A DNA stretch of 63,336 nucleotides, counting the filler, from Guillardia theta CCMP2712 (lineage: Eukaryota > Protista > Cryptophyta): NCBI RefSeq assembly GCF_000315625.1. It is 7 parts of 7 records of this genome, joined end to end, with 100 filler letters (N's around TTAATTAATTAA, not from the genome) between each part and the next. Parts side by side here need not be neighbours in the genome. Positions count along the whole stretch, not along the records: positions 1 to 12,939 come from NW_005434616.1; positions 13,040 to 32,857 come from NW_005434657.1; 5 more parts are not named here. The stretch is one strand, 5' to 3'. The notes under the pieces are model-generated. The model saw only the letters and a list, made by a program, of their open reading frames with translations. It did no database searches and was not told the DNA's origin. Of the stretch, positions 9,031-20,370 are shown piece by piece. The first letter of the stretch is position 1. The number at the start of each line of letters is the position of its first letter. The translations under genes were made by a program, and so were the position numbers.

Positions 9031-12000
9031 ATGGTTGCAATCACTTTGTTCTCAAGCACATCCTCGCATACTTAATCCAGTCCTTCCAACCTGGGGTTGT
9101 GCTACTACAAGAGGTAAGGGTCTCGGCCCGCGACGAGAACAAATTAAGGAAGATGATCAAGGAGAACTGGGCCTGCTACAGAATCTTCCTGGGGCCTGCA
9201 AAGATCAATGCGAAGAAGGGGAAAGGAGACCTGAGGTTGGTAACGCTGGTACATGCGGCCCTGTCGCCGTCACCCTCCCCTGCCGCTCACCAGGCGTGCA
9301 ACAAAGAAAAGAAATATCGAAACCGAGTGTTTTCGATCAAAGTCGGAACAGGGAAAAATTCTTTCTTAGTCACAAACCTCCATCAGGTACCTGCGGAAAA
9401 TGCGATTCGAGAGCAAGGGGAACTGTGGGCAGAGCTGCTACACCTCGCTCTGGGAACGAGAGAGACACACATCATAGCCGGAGACTTTAATGCAGCAAGA
9501 ACCAACACAACAACACCAATGCGGAGAGGATATTCCCCCTCATCTATCACCGCAAAAGCAGATGAGAGATTCGAGAAATTCCTGGCAGACCTTTCCGCAC
9601 ACCGTACACTCTCATATGAACAGATCAGCGAGACTGGGACAACATTTACCTTCTCAACATGGTACAAACAAGAACTGATAGAAGCCAAACTCGACGCAGT
9701 TCTCGCTATTCACCCCCCAAGTGACGAGGACAACTTTCCAAACATCTCCCTTCAATCGTGGACGGTCGACGGCTGTGTGATAGGGGGAGCAGTTGATCAC
9801 AGAGCCCTGGTGGTGCAAGTACACACCAAGTTCACGTCCGAGGAGACGCAGCTAATCCCACGAGTAGAAGTGCATCAGATGAATTCACGACAGAAGAAGG
9901 GGGAAACCCCTAAAAGCAGATGGGTGCTGGATCGCGAGTCGTGGGAGGAGAAGAAGATCGAATGGGCGCAACAACTAGATGCAAACATACGAGACATGCG
10001 AGCTAAGGCGCAAGAATGTAACATTTGTGAGATGCTCGCCAACTCTCTACCACTAAAGGAGGTAAAAATCAGAAAGGGAGGGAGGCGACACGCGAACAAA
10101 GAACAAATGGATTTGAAGAGATCGATCCGCAACTTGCGGACTAAACTTAGGGAAGCATCACAGCAAAGCCCAGCGACTGGTGTACCTACGGAAGCTACAT
10201 TACAAAGAGAATTGCGAACTAAGATCGAGAGGTTCAGAACGATATGTGAAGAACAAAACAACGAAGTTTTCCAAGAGATCTGCCAACAGCAGCAAACACG
10301 GCTAGGCACGGTAGGCAGCCGTGAATCCCAGAATGCAATGGGACGCAAGAATGATTTCATTCCCAAAGAACCGATGATAAGTCAAGACATCAAGAAAAAA
10401 CACCCCAACTCCCTTCGTTGCCACAAAGGCTTGGCTCTTCGACTGCTCGGCAAGATAGTCGACAATGCCGACGAGCTCATCAACCAAATCGAAGCAACCC
10501 TATCTAGCGAAGACACGAGGGGCGTTAGAGCATTTTGGAGTGCAAACCAGCAACTGATGATTGGGATCGAGCGAGAGGGGACAGATGACTGGATCTTTCT
10601 ATCACTGCTACCTGCAAACACAATCACGAAAGCAATTGTAGCACTAGAAGAATCGGATAAAACAACATGGGAGATAGCAGGATACCGTGATCTCACGGAT
10701 CATCTCCCAATGCAGAAGGTTAGAGAGCTAGAGGACGCGGACCATACACGATTCTTCTTCAGCGTCAACGCATGCACGAAACAAGGGACCTGCTCAAAAT
10801 GCTCAAACATCGGATGTATGCTCCCCTTGGCTGACTCAAGCGACGAGACCATCGGAGGGGGAGGGATTACCCCGTACTGCACAAAATGTAAGTCGTTCAC
10901 AACCGTGGCCCCAAGACGGATCACACCGCCTGAGGGGGTGCAGCTTTCAAGGAGACAACAACAGGAAATCACCAGACCCCTGGCACCGGGAGAGATTGAT
11001 GTCTGGCTCGCCTCGGCGCCGAGACGAAAGGCTGCAGGACTTGACCTCATTTCGAACGAAGTGCTGCGGGCGCTGCCACCAGCATGCCGAGAGGAAGTTG
11101 GCAAGTTAGTCAATGCAGCCCTAGAAGGCAAAGCTGAGGTTCTCAACAAGACAGCGAGAGTACGCCTCCTGCCAAAAAATCAATTCTGTCACATTCTCGA
11201 AAACATGCGGCCAATATGCGTCATGTCAACGCTTACTCGACTAGTTCAGGCAATCCTGGCGCATCGTCTGAGTAAGACAGTAGAAGCAAATAACGTCCTC
11301 ACAAACTTCCAGGAGGGGTTCCGTCCAGGCAGAAGCACAAGTCGGCAGGCTCATCGACTGATCTCGATCGTAGAAGAAGCAGAAGAGGCCAAAACGTCCC
11401 TCATTCTCTTGTACCTGGACTTTGCGAACTTCTTTAACAATGTGGCGATCGAGGTGGTCGAGCAGGCAATGAACAGCCTAGGCTTCCATCCTGAAGACAT
11501 TAGAACTGTGATAGCCTGCAACAGTGGAGTCGAACTGCAAATACAAACAAACGAGTTCAACACAGGGAAAATACCTCTAATAATCGGGCTGCCACAAGGT
11601 GGAGCAAGTAGCCCACAACTGGCCAACTTGGTGCTATGCATCCTCTCTAGGCAATTGGACAAGTGCAGCACAGGAACAACAAACAACCTGTCCTTCGCCG
11701 ATGACATGGTACTCATCGCACACACGATGAAAGAAATGCGAGAGTTGGTAGCAGTGGTGGATTCCTTCTGCAAATGGTCAGGACTGCAAATCAACAATAA
11801 GAAATCAGAGATAACCAGCTTCGACTATGCTCGCAAGGGAGAGGTTCCTGGTGCGAACAAAATAACGGTCATGGGGGAACCTGTCGAAGCCCTACCGGCT
11901 ACTAAACCGTTCAAATATCTCGGCTATCGCATCTCTCTGTGGAAGGAAGAAAGACGAAGAATAAAGGGCTGCCCTTTCACTTGGGGAGAACGAGCATACG

Positions 12001-12939
12001 TCTTTGAAAAAACCAAAGAACTGATCAACAATATCAGCTCGTCGAGTTATACTCCTGCGCAAAAATTTTACCTGGTGAAAGTTGGAATTCTCAACGTCTT
12101 TCGCTACTCCGCAGTCATGACTGGATGGACTTGGCGAGACCTACAAGAATTAGATCAACTGTGGATACGAGCTTTTAAAAAAGCGTTAGGCCTAAGCAAA
12201 AGTACAGGGAATGGTATATTCTACCTGCCAACAGAGAATGGAGGGCTGCAGGTCCCTCATCCTGCCCCAATCCTAGGGAGAGCAGCGTTACGATACATCG
12301 AACGAGAAGTGAATAGTAAGCATGGTGGAGACATCCAAGATAGACTGATATCTAAACTCAGAAACTGGTTTGCGGAATGGGGATGCCAAACAATCCTCGA
12401 GCTCCAAAGAGAAATGAATTTTCGAACTATGGAGCGTGATGTGGTGCGGGGACCCGAAGCTTTAGCAGTCTGGCTGGCGGAAAAACTAAACACGAGGATC
12501 AGCTGGGCCCACATAGAAGCAGGTCACCTACCTGGAAGCATCTCCCTCCTTCATAGGATGGAGGATATGGTGGCAAACTTGAACGACTGTAACAGACCAC
12601 AGGGCTGGACGAACTTCCAAGCCTTATGGAGGCAACTCCCGAAACTCCAATTCTCCTTGCTACGCAATGTACGACCTATCGCGGACGAAGAACTGCATTT
12701 GCCAAGGAAGCTCTGGCCTTTCCCAAGGCAACGCGAGGAGGCAGAGGGGATCGTAATGCAATTGCTACAAGAAAATGTCATCTGGGTAAGCAGCGTCAAC
12801 AGAGCATCAGGAACAAAGAGGAAAAGACGAGAGGTTGTCACACAGGATAGTGCTACAACCCGAAAACGAAAGTCACACCCGCAATCAGAGGAGGACCGGG
12901 AGGAAACATCCAAAAAGCATCGGGAAGCAGCAGAAGAGA
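8883..12939 (+). CDS. AP endonuclease, CxxC..CxxC finger and reverse transcriptase polyprotein (3'-truncated by gap)
   Basis: APE: SQNVNG, LLQEV, AGDFN, LD, DH. Finger: CSKC...CTKC. RT: KAAGLD, RPI, QEGFRPGRS, LDFANFFN, GLPQG, FADD, GLQINNKKS, FKYLG, GGL. Confidence 0.95.
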
Positions 12940-13039
12940 NNNNNNNNNNNNNNNNNNNNNNNNNNNNNNNNNNNNNNNNNNNNTTAATTAATTAANNNNN
13001 NNNNNNNNNNNNNNNNNNNNNNNNNNNNNNNNNNNNNNN
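12940..13039. other. Artificial contig linker 44N-TTAATTAATTAA-44N
   Basis: The same 100-nt cassette recurs at 32858-32957, 38737-38836, 47248-47347, 57415-57514 and 61786-61885; it has stops in all six frames. Confidence 0.95.
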
Positions 13040-14129
13040 GGGAGGGAGGGAGGGAGGAAGGGAGGGAGGGAGTGAGAGGCTGAGAGCGATATTGACATTC
13101 CGTGGATGAGGATCTTATTCTAGGGAGGGGTGTTCTATTTTCATGTACGGGTTCAAGACGGTGCATTATTCTCTATCTCAGTAGGGTGGGGTACTCATTT
13201 CAGGGGGTGGGGTGGTGGCAGTAAGGAAATCGTCGGGAATGAACTTGCCAATGATGATTCAGACACTCACCCCACCCACCCCCTCCTCCCCCACCCCTCC
13301 CCACCACCCCTCCCACACCCCCTATCCATCCCCACCCTGTCCGACGAGTTTTGACCCCCCCCTCCTGCGCCATACCGTACCCCTCATACAACCTTCCGAC
13401 TACCTACCCATGGACCGTACTAGAGCAGGTGTCATCTCTACCCTGGTACTGACCACCCCTACCCCATCGGACTCTGACCACTCCTCATTCCGACGATCAC
13501 CCCTGCGCTACCCCACCCCACCCCCTGTCATCCCACGTCTTGACCCGGATCTCCACAAACTCTCCTTCAGTCAATTTGTTTACTCAACAATTTCTCACCA
13601 CCCCCTAATTCCCCTCTAAAATCACCGGTACTTGCAGGCCGATTGATAGTACTGTATCAGTAAGTTTACAAGAAGTCTATTTTCCACAGTACCGGTGCAT
13701 TATCCATGGAATCGCTGTGAAAACGAGGGGTACTTTCAACCCCCACCGAAGCGATTATAATCAGCTTTTCCGATGACGTTCGCAAGGATTCACTGAGATC
13801 GGCCGGGCCCGCCCGATCGGACTGCCGGGGCCCCGTCACTGAGTAATGAGACCGTGTGCTGTATGAGTGCTCCAAGGAATGCAAGGAGGGCAAGCTAGAA
13901 GGGGAGGGGAGGGCAGGAGGGTCAGGAACGAGGAGGGCAGATGACGTCATGCGGCAGCAGAAACGACGACGAGTAGACGGGGATTCAGACAAGTCTGAGC
14001 GTTTGAGACTCAAGTGATTTCAATCGATCCATAACAATACCTCCCTGACGTTTGTGAAGCCGCTCACAAGAGTAACAGCGTTTCTAGGCTGATCTGAGGC
14101 GCTGCAATGCATTCAGCTTGAAATCAGAG

Positions 14130-15506
14130 ATGGCAGCAGAGGGTGACGGTAAGATGAAAGACCACCATGATACGCCACTGATGTGAGCCTCAGACGCTGA
14201 AGTTGAAGACATCGAGAATGTGATAAAATTGTCTCCACTCTTCATGCTGATCATTTTGAATTTGCAGGAAGATGACGAGGAAGAGGGAAAGGCAGTTCAC
14301 TTTGAGAAGGTGAGAGCACTAGCAAGATCTAGCTCGCTGCTGCTGGTTTGTATTGAGGAGCTCTGGTTGTCCTGTCTTGCAGCTCGAGGTCATCGAGCCA
14401 CAGAAAGACACTGCGAGTGCCTCTGTGGCTCGATCCTCGAAGCACAAGAAGAGCATGCTTCTCTTCGGCATGGTACCCCATCCTTGTCTCGAGCTCACTG
14501 CACGCAGCTGCTTGTCAGCCGATGACGGTCACAGAGACTTGACGAGGATGCGCAGAAACAGGCCGCCCTCCCCAAGGTTGATCCCTTCATGCCGGGCGCT
14601 CAGATGCTTCACGTCGACCCCCTTGTGGTGAGTGAGGAGGCTGAAAGAGAGAGAGAGTTGAGTGACGCTGCTGCCAGTCGTCGAAGCCCAAGAAGAGGAC
14701 GGAGAGGATCATCGGTTCTCTTGCCCTCGCCCACTCGTCGATCTCACTCGTCGAACGGCAGGGAAGAGGGGTTGTCAGCCTGAGACTGGAGCTCGAGTCT
14801 GGTTGGCCTTGGGGTGTCGCGGCCTTGGGGTGAGAGGAGCTTGCCTGTGCGCTGGAGGCTCGCTGACGTGGCACTGCAGGTGGAGGGGGAGGAAGGGATC
14901 GGTGAGTTCTGCTCGGGGCAAGGAAGGGGAGTAGTGATCGTTTCCGCGCAGGAACCATAGAGGAGGTGCTCGAGGAAGGGGAGTGCATGGTCGGGCTTAT
15001 AGTGAGTGTACTGCCTTGTCTGAGACCTGGCAGGTTCGTTGGGACTCCTCTGGCCTCGCACACACATACATGTGCGGCAAGTGAGTTGCTCCTCCTCCTC
15101 CTCCCCCCCCCCCCCCCCCCCGCGTTCAGCCTCACTCCGCAACGCCTCCAGGTTCAGCGTCTACCATCTCGCAGTGTTCGACTACCTGGAGCAGAAGTCC
15201 TGGATGCTCTTGAAGCATGAGGTACCCCCGTGCTCCTGGTCCTCCGTTAGCTCAACCCATTCGGTCAGCACAACTTCAAACAAGGAAACGCTGGGAAAGT
15301 GAGATAGGAATGACATATGTGACGCTGCCGGCTGACAGTTCACCAGCCTCCTCCGATCGAGCGGCAGAAGGAGCTGGAGACGTTGCTGGGGTGCGGCTGA
15401 GAGGAGGTTTACAGGGGAAGTCAAGCTGACTCTGAGCAGATATCGGATGGAGGAGCAGCTGAGCAAGCGAGTCTCCTACCAGCGGAAACAGTGCCTGCTG
15501 CAGTGA
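14130..15506 (+). CDS. Hypothetical multi-exon protein (boundaries approximate)
   Basis: Chain of short exons bounded by GT/AG (EDDEEEGKAVHFEK; LEVIEPQKDT; FSVYHLAVFDYLEQKSW); no confident family. Confidence 0.45.
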
Positions 15507-15553
15507 GAGCGTCAGAGCGTGAGAGCGTGAGAGAGAGCGTGACAGTGAGAGAG

Positions 15554-15588
<35 letters not shown>

Positions 15589-16795
15589 GCTGATGGAGCT
15601 GCTTGATGTTGTAGTTGTGTCTGTAGATGGTTTGAGTTGTTGTTATTGTTGTATTGATGTTGTTCATTCTGATCTAGTTGTCTGTAAATGTCTTAGCCTC
15701 GGAAGTGAAACTCTCACCGAACAAAAGAAGCAGCTACGAGCTAGGAAGGACGGAGATTTCAAGTCCACCTCAGAGATGAATAAGGACAGGAGCAGAGGCA
15801 GCAACTTTCTCCTACTCCTCCTACTAGAGGCCGTCATGGTTCTGATCTTAGCCATCCACCACCCCTACCCCCATTTTGACCGCCATTACTACCAAATTAC
15901 CCTCGATATTCCATAGCAAACAAGGGGTGATCAATTGGTGTCTAGGGGGTGGGGTCTGTGCAGCTGACACAAAATAGAAGTGGCAGGGATGAGAGGAGAG
16001 GAGATCAGAGGAATGGCGAAGGAGAAGAGAGATGGTGGGGAGGGGAGACGGAGATTGGATGAGCTCAGGAGAACAGACTAGCGGGAATGAAGAAGAGGAC
16101 CGGAAGAAGAAGAGCCGAGGCCGGGATTTAGAGTTTGTTAGGACAAGAACGTAGAAGAGAAAAGAGATATGATGCTATGATGAGGTAAAGATGCAGAAGG
16201 ATGGTTAGATTGATCATGAGATGTTTTGGTGGGGAATGATGTCCTGGAGGAAAGAATTTGAGGCCGCCCGAAGCTGAGCAAGAGAGCTTGCGTGGGATTT
16301 GGGGGAGGGAGTCAGGGGAGGGAGTCACAGTCTAAAGAGTTAGAGAATTGAATCAAGGAACAACACGTCATGAGGCAGGAGGAGAATGTCAGAGGAGATC
16401 TGAGGTGTTAAACTCCACAAGATAAGACGGGAAAGAAGTTGAACGTGAGGTTGTGTGCAAGACGAGGTAAGGAGAGGCTGCAAATTTGGTGAAGTGGAGT
16501 GTATGCAGAGGAGGAGAAGAGTAGGAGATGATGAGAAGACAAACTTGCAAACAAGCCAAGATAGTAAATAGTAGGAGCGAAACAGAGAGAGAGGTGTAAT
16601 TGTGCGCATGTTTGGTCTGATTCTTAATGTTCAGATCCCCAGACCTCATCGCATGAAGTCTGTGATAGCACGGATCGATCGTTCAAGGTAGATGCTGAGC
16701 TGGTCGCTGTGAGCTTTTGGACGCGGAGCTTCCTAGCATGTTATAAGTGGAAGTCTCCCAGTCAGTATGTGTGCCTGTAACTAGACGCGTCGGGC

Positions 16796-19282
16796 ATGCA
16801 GGACTTGCAGCAAGAAAGCGGCAGCCGCGACTTTTCTTCGTTTCATGATCATGGGAGAACAGAAGGACTGAGAACTGAAGCTCAGGAGGAAAGTTCCAGC
16901 TCGCGGCAGCTTGACGGTGCCATGTCGGTCCAGGCGCACAGCAGCAGCAGCAGCCCACCCACTGAGGCAGGACAGGCAGCAAGGGAGGCGAACGGAGAGC
17001 GGACGTCAGATGTTGGTTCAAGTTCGCAAGACAATGCTCCTTCCCCTCCTGTGAACCACTTCTCCTCGAACGCTGGTAACTCATCGCACTCGCACAACTT
17101 TGGGTCGCAGTCGAAGCGACCGAGAGCCAACGCGCATGAGGCCGACAATGAAAGAAGCGAAAGAAACGGCAGCAAGCATCTGCAGAAGCGGTCCCTCAGT
17201 GAAGCAATTGCTATATGGAATCGTGGCCAGAGGTCTAGCCGTCCAGCCCAGAGCAACGGGAACATCGAAAGTTGGCTGCTGTACCTGCCTGACGTTCTGC
17301 TCCATCGCATCTACCTCTCGGCGCCTGAGATGGTCTCGACGCACACCGCTGTCTGCAAGTAAAGCCTCCTCGTGCCCTCCGTCTCCTTGTGACTTATCAG
17401 CGTTGCAGGCGTTTCCGCGAAGACTTGTGCAAGGCGCATGTGAGCCTCGAGGGAGGAGGAAGGGGGAGGAGAGGAGGAGGAGGGAGCGGGCTGTGGGGGA
17501 CTTCTAATTCGCTCGCAGTTGGTGCACTTGAAGCTGCGGTCTTTCTCGAGCGAGAAGGGGCAGGCAGACAGTCTGAAGCGATTCGACGGAGAAGTGTCGG
17601 TGTACGTCAAGGACTCTCTGGGACGGTGAGGCGGAAGGCAGGGAGGCAGGGAGGCAGGGAGGCAGGGAGGCAGGGAGGCAGGGAGGCAGGGAGGAGGTGG
17701 GCAGCACTGAAAGCACTGTCAGGTTTCAAGTGTGTCGGGGCTTGTTGGAGCTGCTCAAGGGCGGTTGGCCGAACCTGACGGGCCTGAACCTCGAGAGCAA
17801 CAGGATCCAGCTGGACAACTTGACGCAGCTCACTGACCTCCTACACGGATGTCCCAACCTCAAGTCCCTCGAGATCGGCGACAACAAGGTCGAGTACTAG
17901 AGCACCTCCTCCCCCCCCCCCTCGCCGCCTCTGGTCTCACCCGTTCGCAGCTCGGGGTCGACGGGATCAGATCGCTTGTTTCACCGCAGGACCTGTAAGA
18001 CTCGGGGGTGAGGCTGCTGACTCACTGAGCTGATCCTCAGCTACACCAACTTGACAACCCTCGATGTCAAGGAGAACGAGCTGCGAGTTCAAGGTCCCCA
18101 CCCTTACCCTCCTCTTTGCCCTCACCTTCCCAGCAGGATCCCTGCTGCTGTCCGCGAGACTCCAGACCTGCACAAGGCTGACGCACCTCGACGTCTCCGA
18201 CAACCAGCTGGGGCTACAGGTAGAGGCTCATAGAGGCTCCTCTTCCTCGAGGCTCCTTCCCCCGCAGCTGCTGATGGCAGCGCAGGGCATCCGACATCTG
18301 ACGCGCGCGTTGGAGCCTGGACATCTCTCACGCCTCGCGGTCACACGCGCTGAGGTCTCGCCATCCTCCTCACCTGCTCGCAGACCCTCAACCTCTCCCG
18401 CAATCAGCTCGACTTCGAGAGCATCGAGGTCCTCGCCCGCGGCCTTCAGGTGCTGGTCCCTCCTCCTACATTCTCTCGCTTCCTGCTGCTGCTGCTGCTG
18501 CTGCTGCTGACAGGCTGGCAGCACAATTCTTCGCTCACCTCCCTGTCGCTCGGAAACAACAAGGTGGATGAGAGTAGGAGAGAGAGAGCTCATCGCAGCT
18601 GCAGGAGTTCGGGCCGGTCGGAGCAAGGATGCTGGGGCCTGTGCTGAAGGCGAATACTCTCCTGACGCATCTTGACCTTCAAGTGAGCAGCGAGAAGAAA
18701 AGAAGAGCCGGGGGAAGGAGAGGGAGCGGGAGATTAAGGGAGGAGAGGGGAGCAGTACGGGACAAAGTGAAAAGGAAGGGAGGACAACAAGGGAGGGAGG
18801 GAGGGGGGGAGGGAGGGAGGGAGGGAGCTTACAGCAGCTCTCAGGTATCTCAATACTCTTGGCGAGAAAGGCGCCGTGATGGTTGGGATCGCTCTTGCAA
18901 GATGCACAGACCTGAGGCGACTCGATTTAGGTGAGCGAATTGCCTCACCGCCATGCTGCTCCTTGTGACACCCGACAGGTCTCAACAACTTGGCGGCAAC
19001 AGGAGGGATGGCAGTCATGCAGTGGCTCCCCAACTTCACCAGCCTGCGGCATCTCAACCTCGCGTTCAACGACATTCCTGGTGCTTCCTCCACACACACA
19101 CCTTCCCCTCCCCCTCCCCCTCCCCCTCCTCGTCCTCCTGCTCATCTTCCTTCTTGCCACTATCGTCTACCTCTACGTCTTGTCTCCTCTCCTGTTTTCT
19201 TACGTCATATCCAGGCGCAGTGACCAAGAAGATCCGCTCGATCGCTCATTCACGTTGCGAGTGCGTCTTCTACAAGATCTGA
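16796..19282 (+). CDS. RNI-like leucine-rich repeat protein with possible F-box-like segment, multi-exon
   Basis: Repeated LxxLxLxxNxL motifs (LTGLNLESNRI, LKSLEIGDNK, LTHLDVSDNQL, LTSLSLGNNK, LRHLNLAFNDI); WLLYLPDVLLHRI upstream. Confidence 0.8.
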
Positions 19283-19416
19283 GGAAATGTTGCTCCGGTT
19301 GAGGAGGAGGAGGAGGAGGAGGAGGGGGAAGAGGAGGCGAGAGGCAGGGTTGGTTCATTACAGCAGTTGCTCAGCTTATTTTTGGTTTGGTGCGGGTGGG
19401 GGCGAGGAAGGAGTAG

Positions 19417-20330
19417 ATGGAGACGCACCCGACGGCTGCGATGGTCACCAGCACCTGCCACGAGGTCAGCGGGAGGAGGAGGGGGAGGAGCAGACCAGGC
19501 CCCAGTCGAAGGGCGCGTTGTGAACAGGATGCATGCAGCTGCTGAGCAAGAGAAGCTCCTGCAACGAGTGAGAAGAGAAACAGAGGAGGGGGGACGGGGG
19601 AGAGCGAAAGAGAGGGAGCGGGGAAAGAGAAAAGAGGTTTGGGGGGAAGGGGGGGGAGAGGAGAAGGATGGGCGAGCCTACTTGAGTATGCCGAGCAAGA
19701 TTGCGAAAATGTCGAGCGTTTCTAAGTGCACTGTGAACGTTGGGAAGAGCGCTCTGAAAGTCGAGCCGATGGACCTGCGGCCAGGGTGAAGACGAGGGGA
19801 GGAGGAGGAGGAGGAGAAAAAGAGAGGAGGTAGGAGAGGAGGAGTGGAGGTAGTGGATGTGCAAGTCTCACATCAGCGATCGCTTTCTTCCAGCTGAGCT
19901 TGACAGCGACGTGGAGCTGCTGCAGCGTCACGACACGAGAGCAAGAGAAGGTCAGAACCTGAACGAGTCGATCATGCGGAACCGCCGCAGCGACCTGACG
20001 AGGAGGTGGAGGAGGAGGAGGAGAAGGAGAAGGAGGAGGAGGAGTCAGTACTTGTCAACTTAAGTTTGACTTCACCTCCAGGTTGTCAAGGTTCGTCGAC
20101 GTTCCTTGGAGGATCTCAACCCCCTCGTTCACCAGCTGGGTCCTCGTCAGCTCAGCCCCAGCTGGAGAATTTCACTTTCAACCTCCAGCGAGTCGCGCAG
20201 GGCAGCAGCGACGTAGTGGCGATGAGCAGAGTCAACATGGAGGAGGGAGAAGTTGGCCCAGCGAGGCGAAGAATGCGCCAGAGGACTTGCGACTCGTCAT
20301 GCTCCAACACAACCACAACCTCCTCCCCCC
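19417..20330 (+). CDS. Hypothetical multi-exon protein (approximate)
   Basis: Coding-like exons (LSMPSKIAKMSSV..., DRFLPAELDSDVELLQRH..., QLENFTFNLQRV) separated by purine-rich introns. Confidence 0.35.
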
Positions 20331-20370
20331 CCCTCCTCCTATTCCTCCCCCCTCTCCTCGTCCACTACCA

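Larger units (their letters stand above)
5357..12939 (+). mobile_element. Non-LTR retrotransposon (APE-type, Dualen/RandI-like architecture) whose 5' end abuts telomeric repeats; 3' end lost at the contig break
   Basis: Three long intronless ORFs with protease, APE, Zn-finger and RT motifs; A-rich sense strand. Confidence 0.9.

Noticed and set aside
12940-13039. TTAATTAATTAA palindromes within N runs as a biological motif (also at 32902, 38781, 47292, 57459, 61830)
   Set aside because: Identical 100-nt six-frame-stop linker used to join contigs; the LIN* end of the RT ORF and any synteny across linkers are artefacts
15150-15300. YHLAVFDYL as a PIP5K C-terminal motif
   Set aside because: The resemblance is weak and I found no other PIP5K motifs
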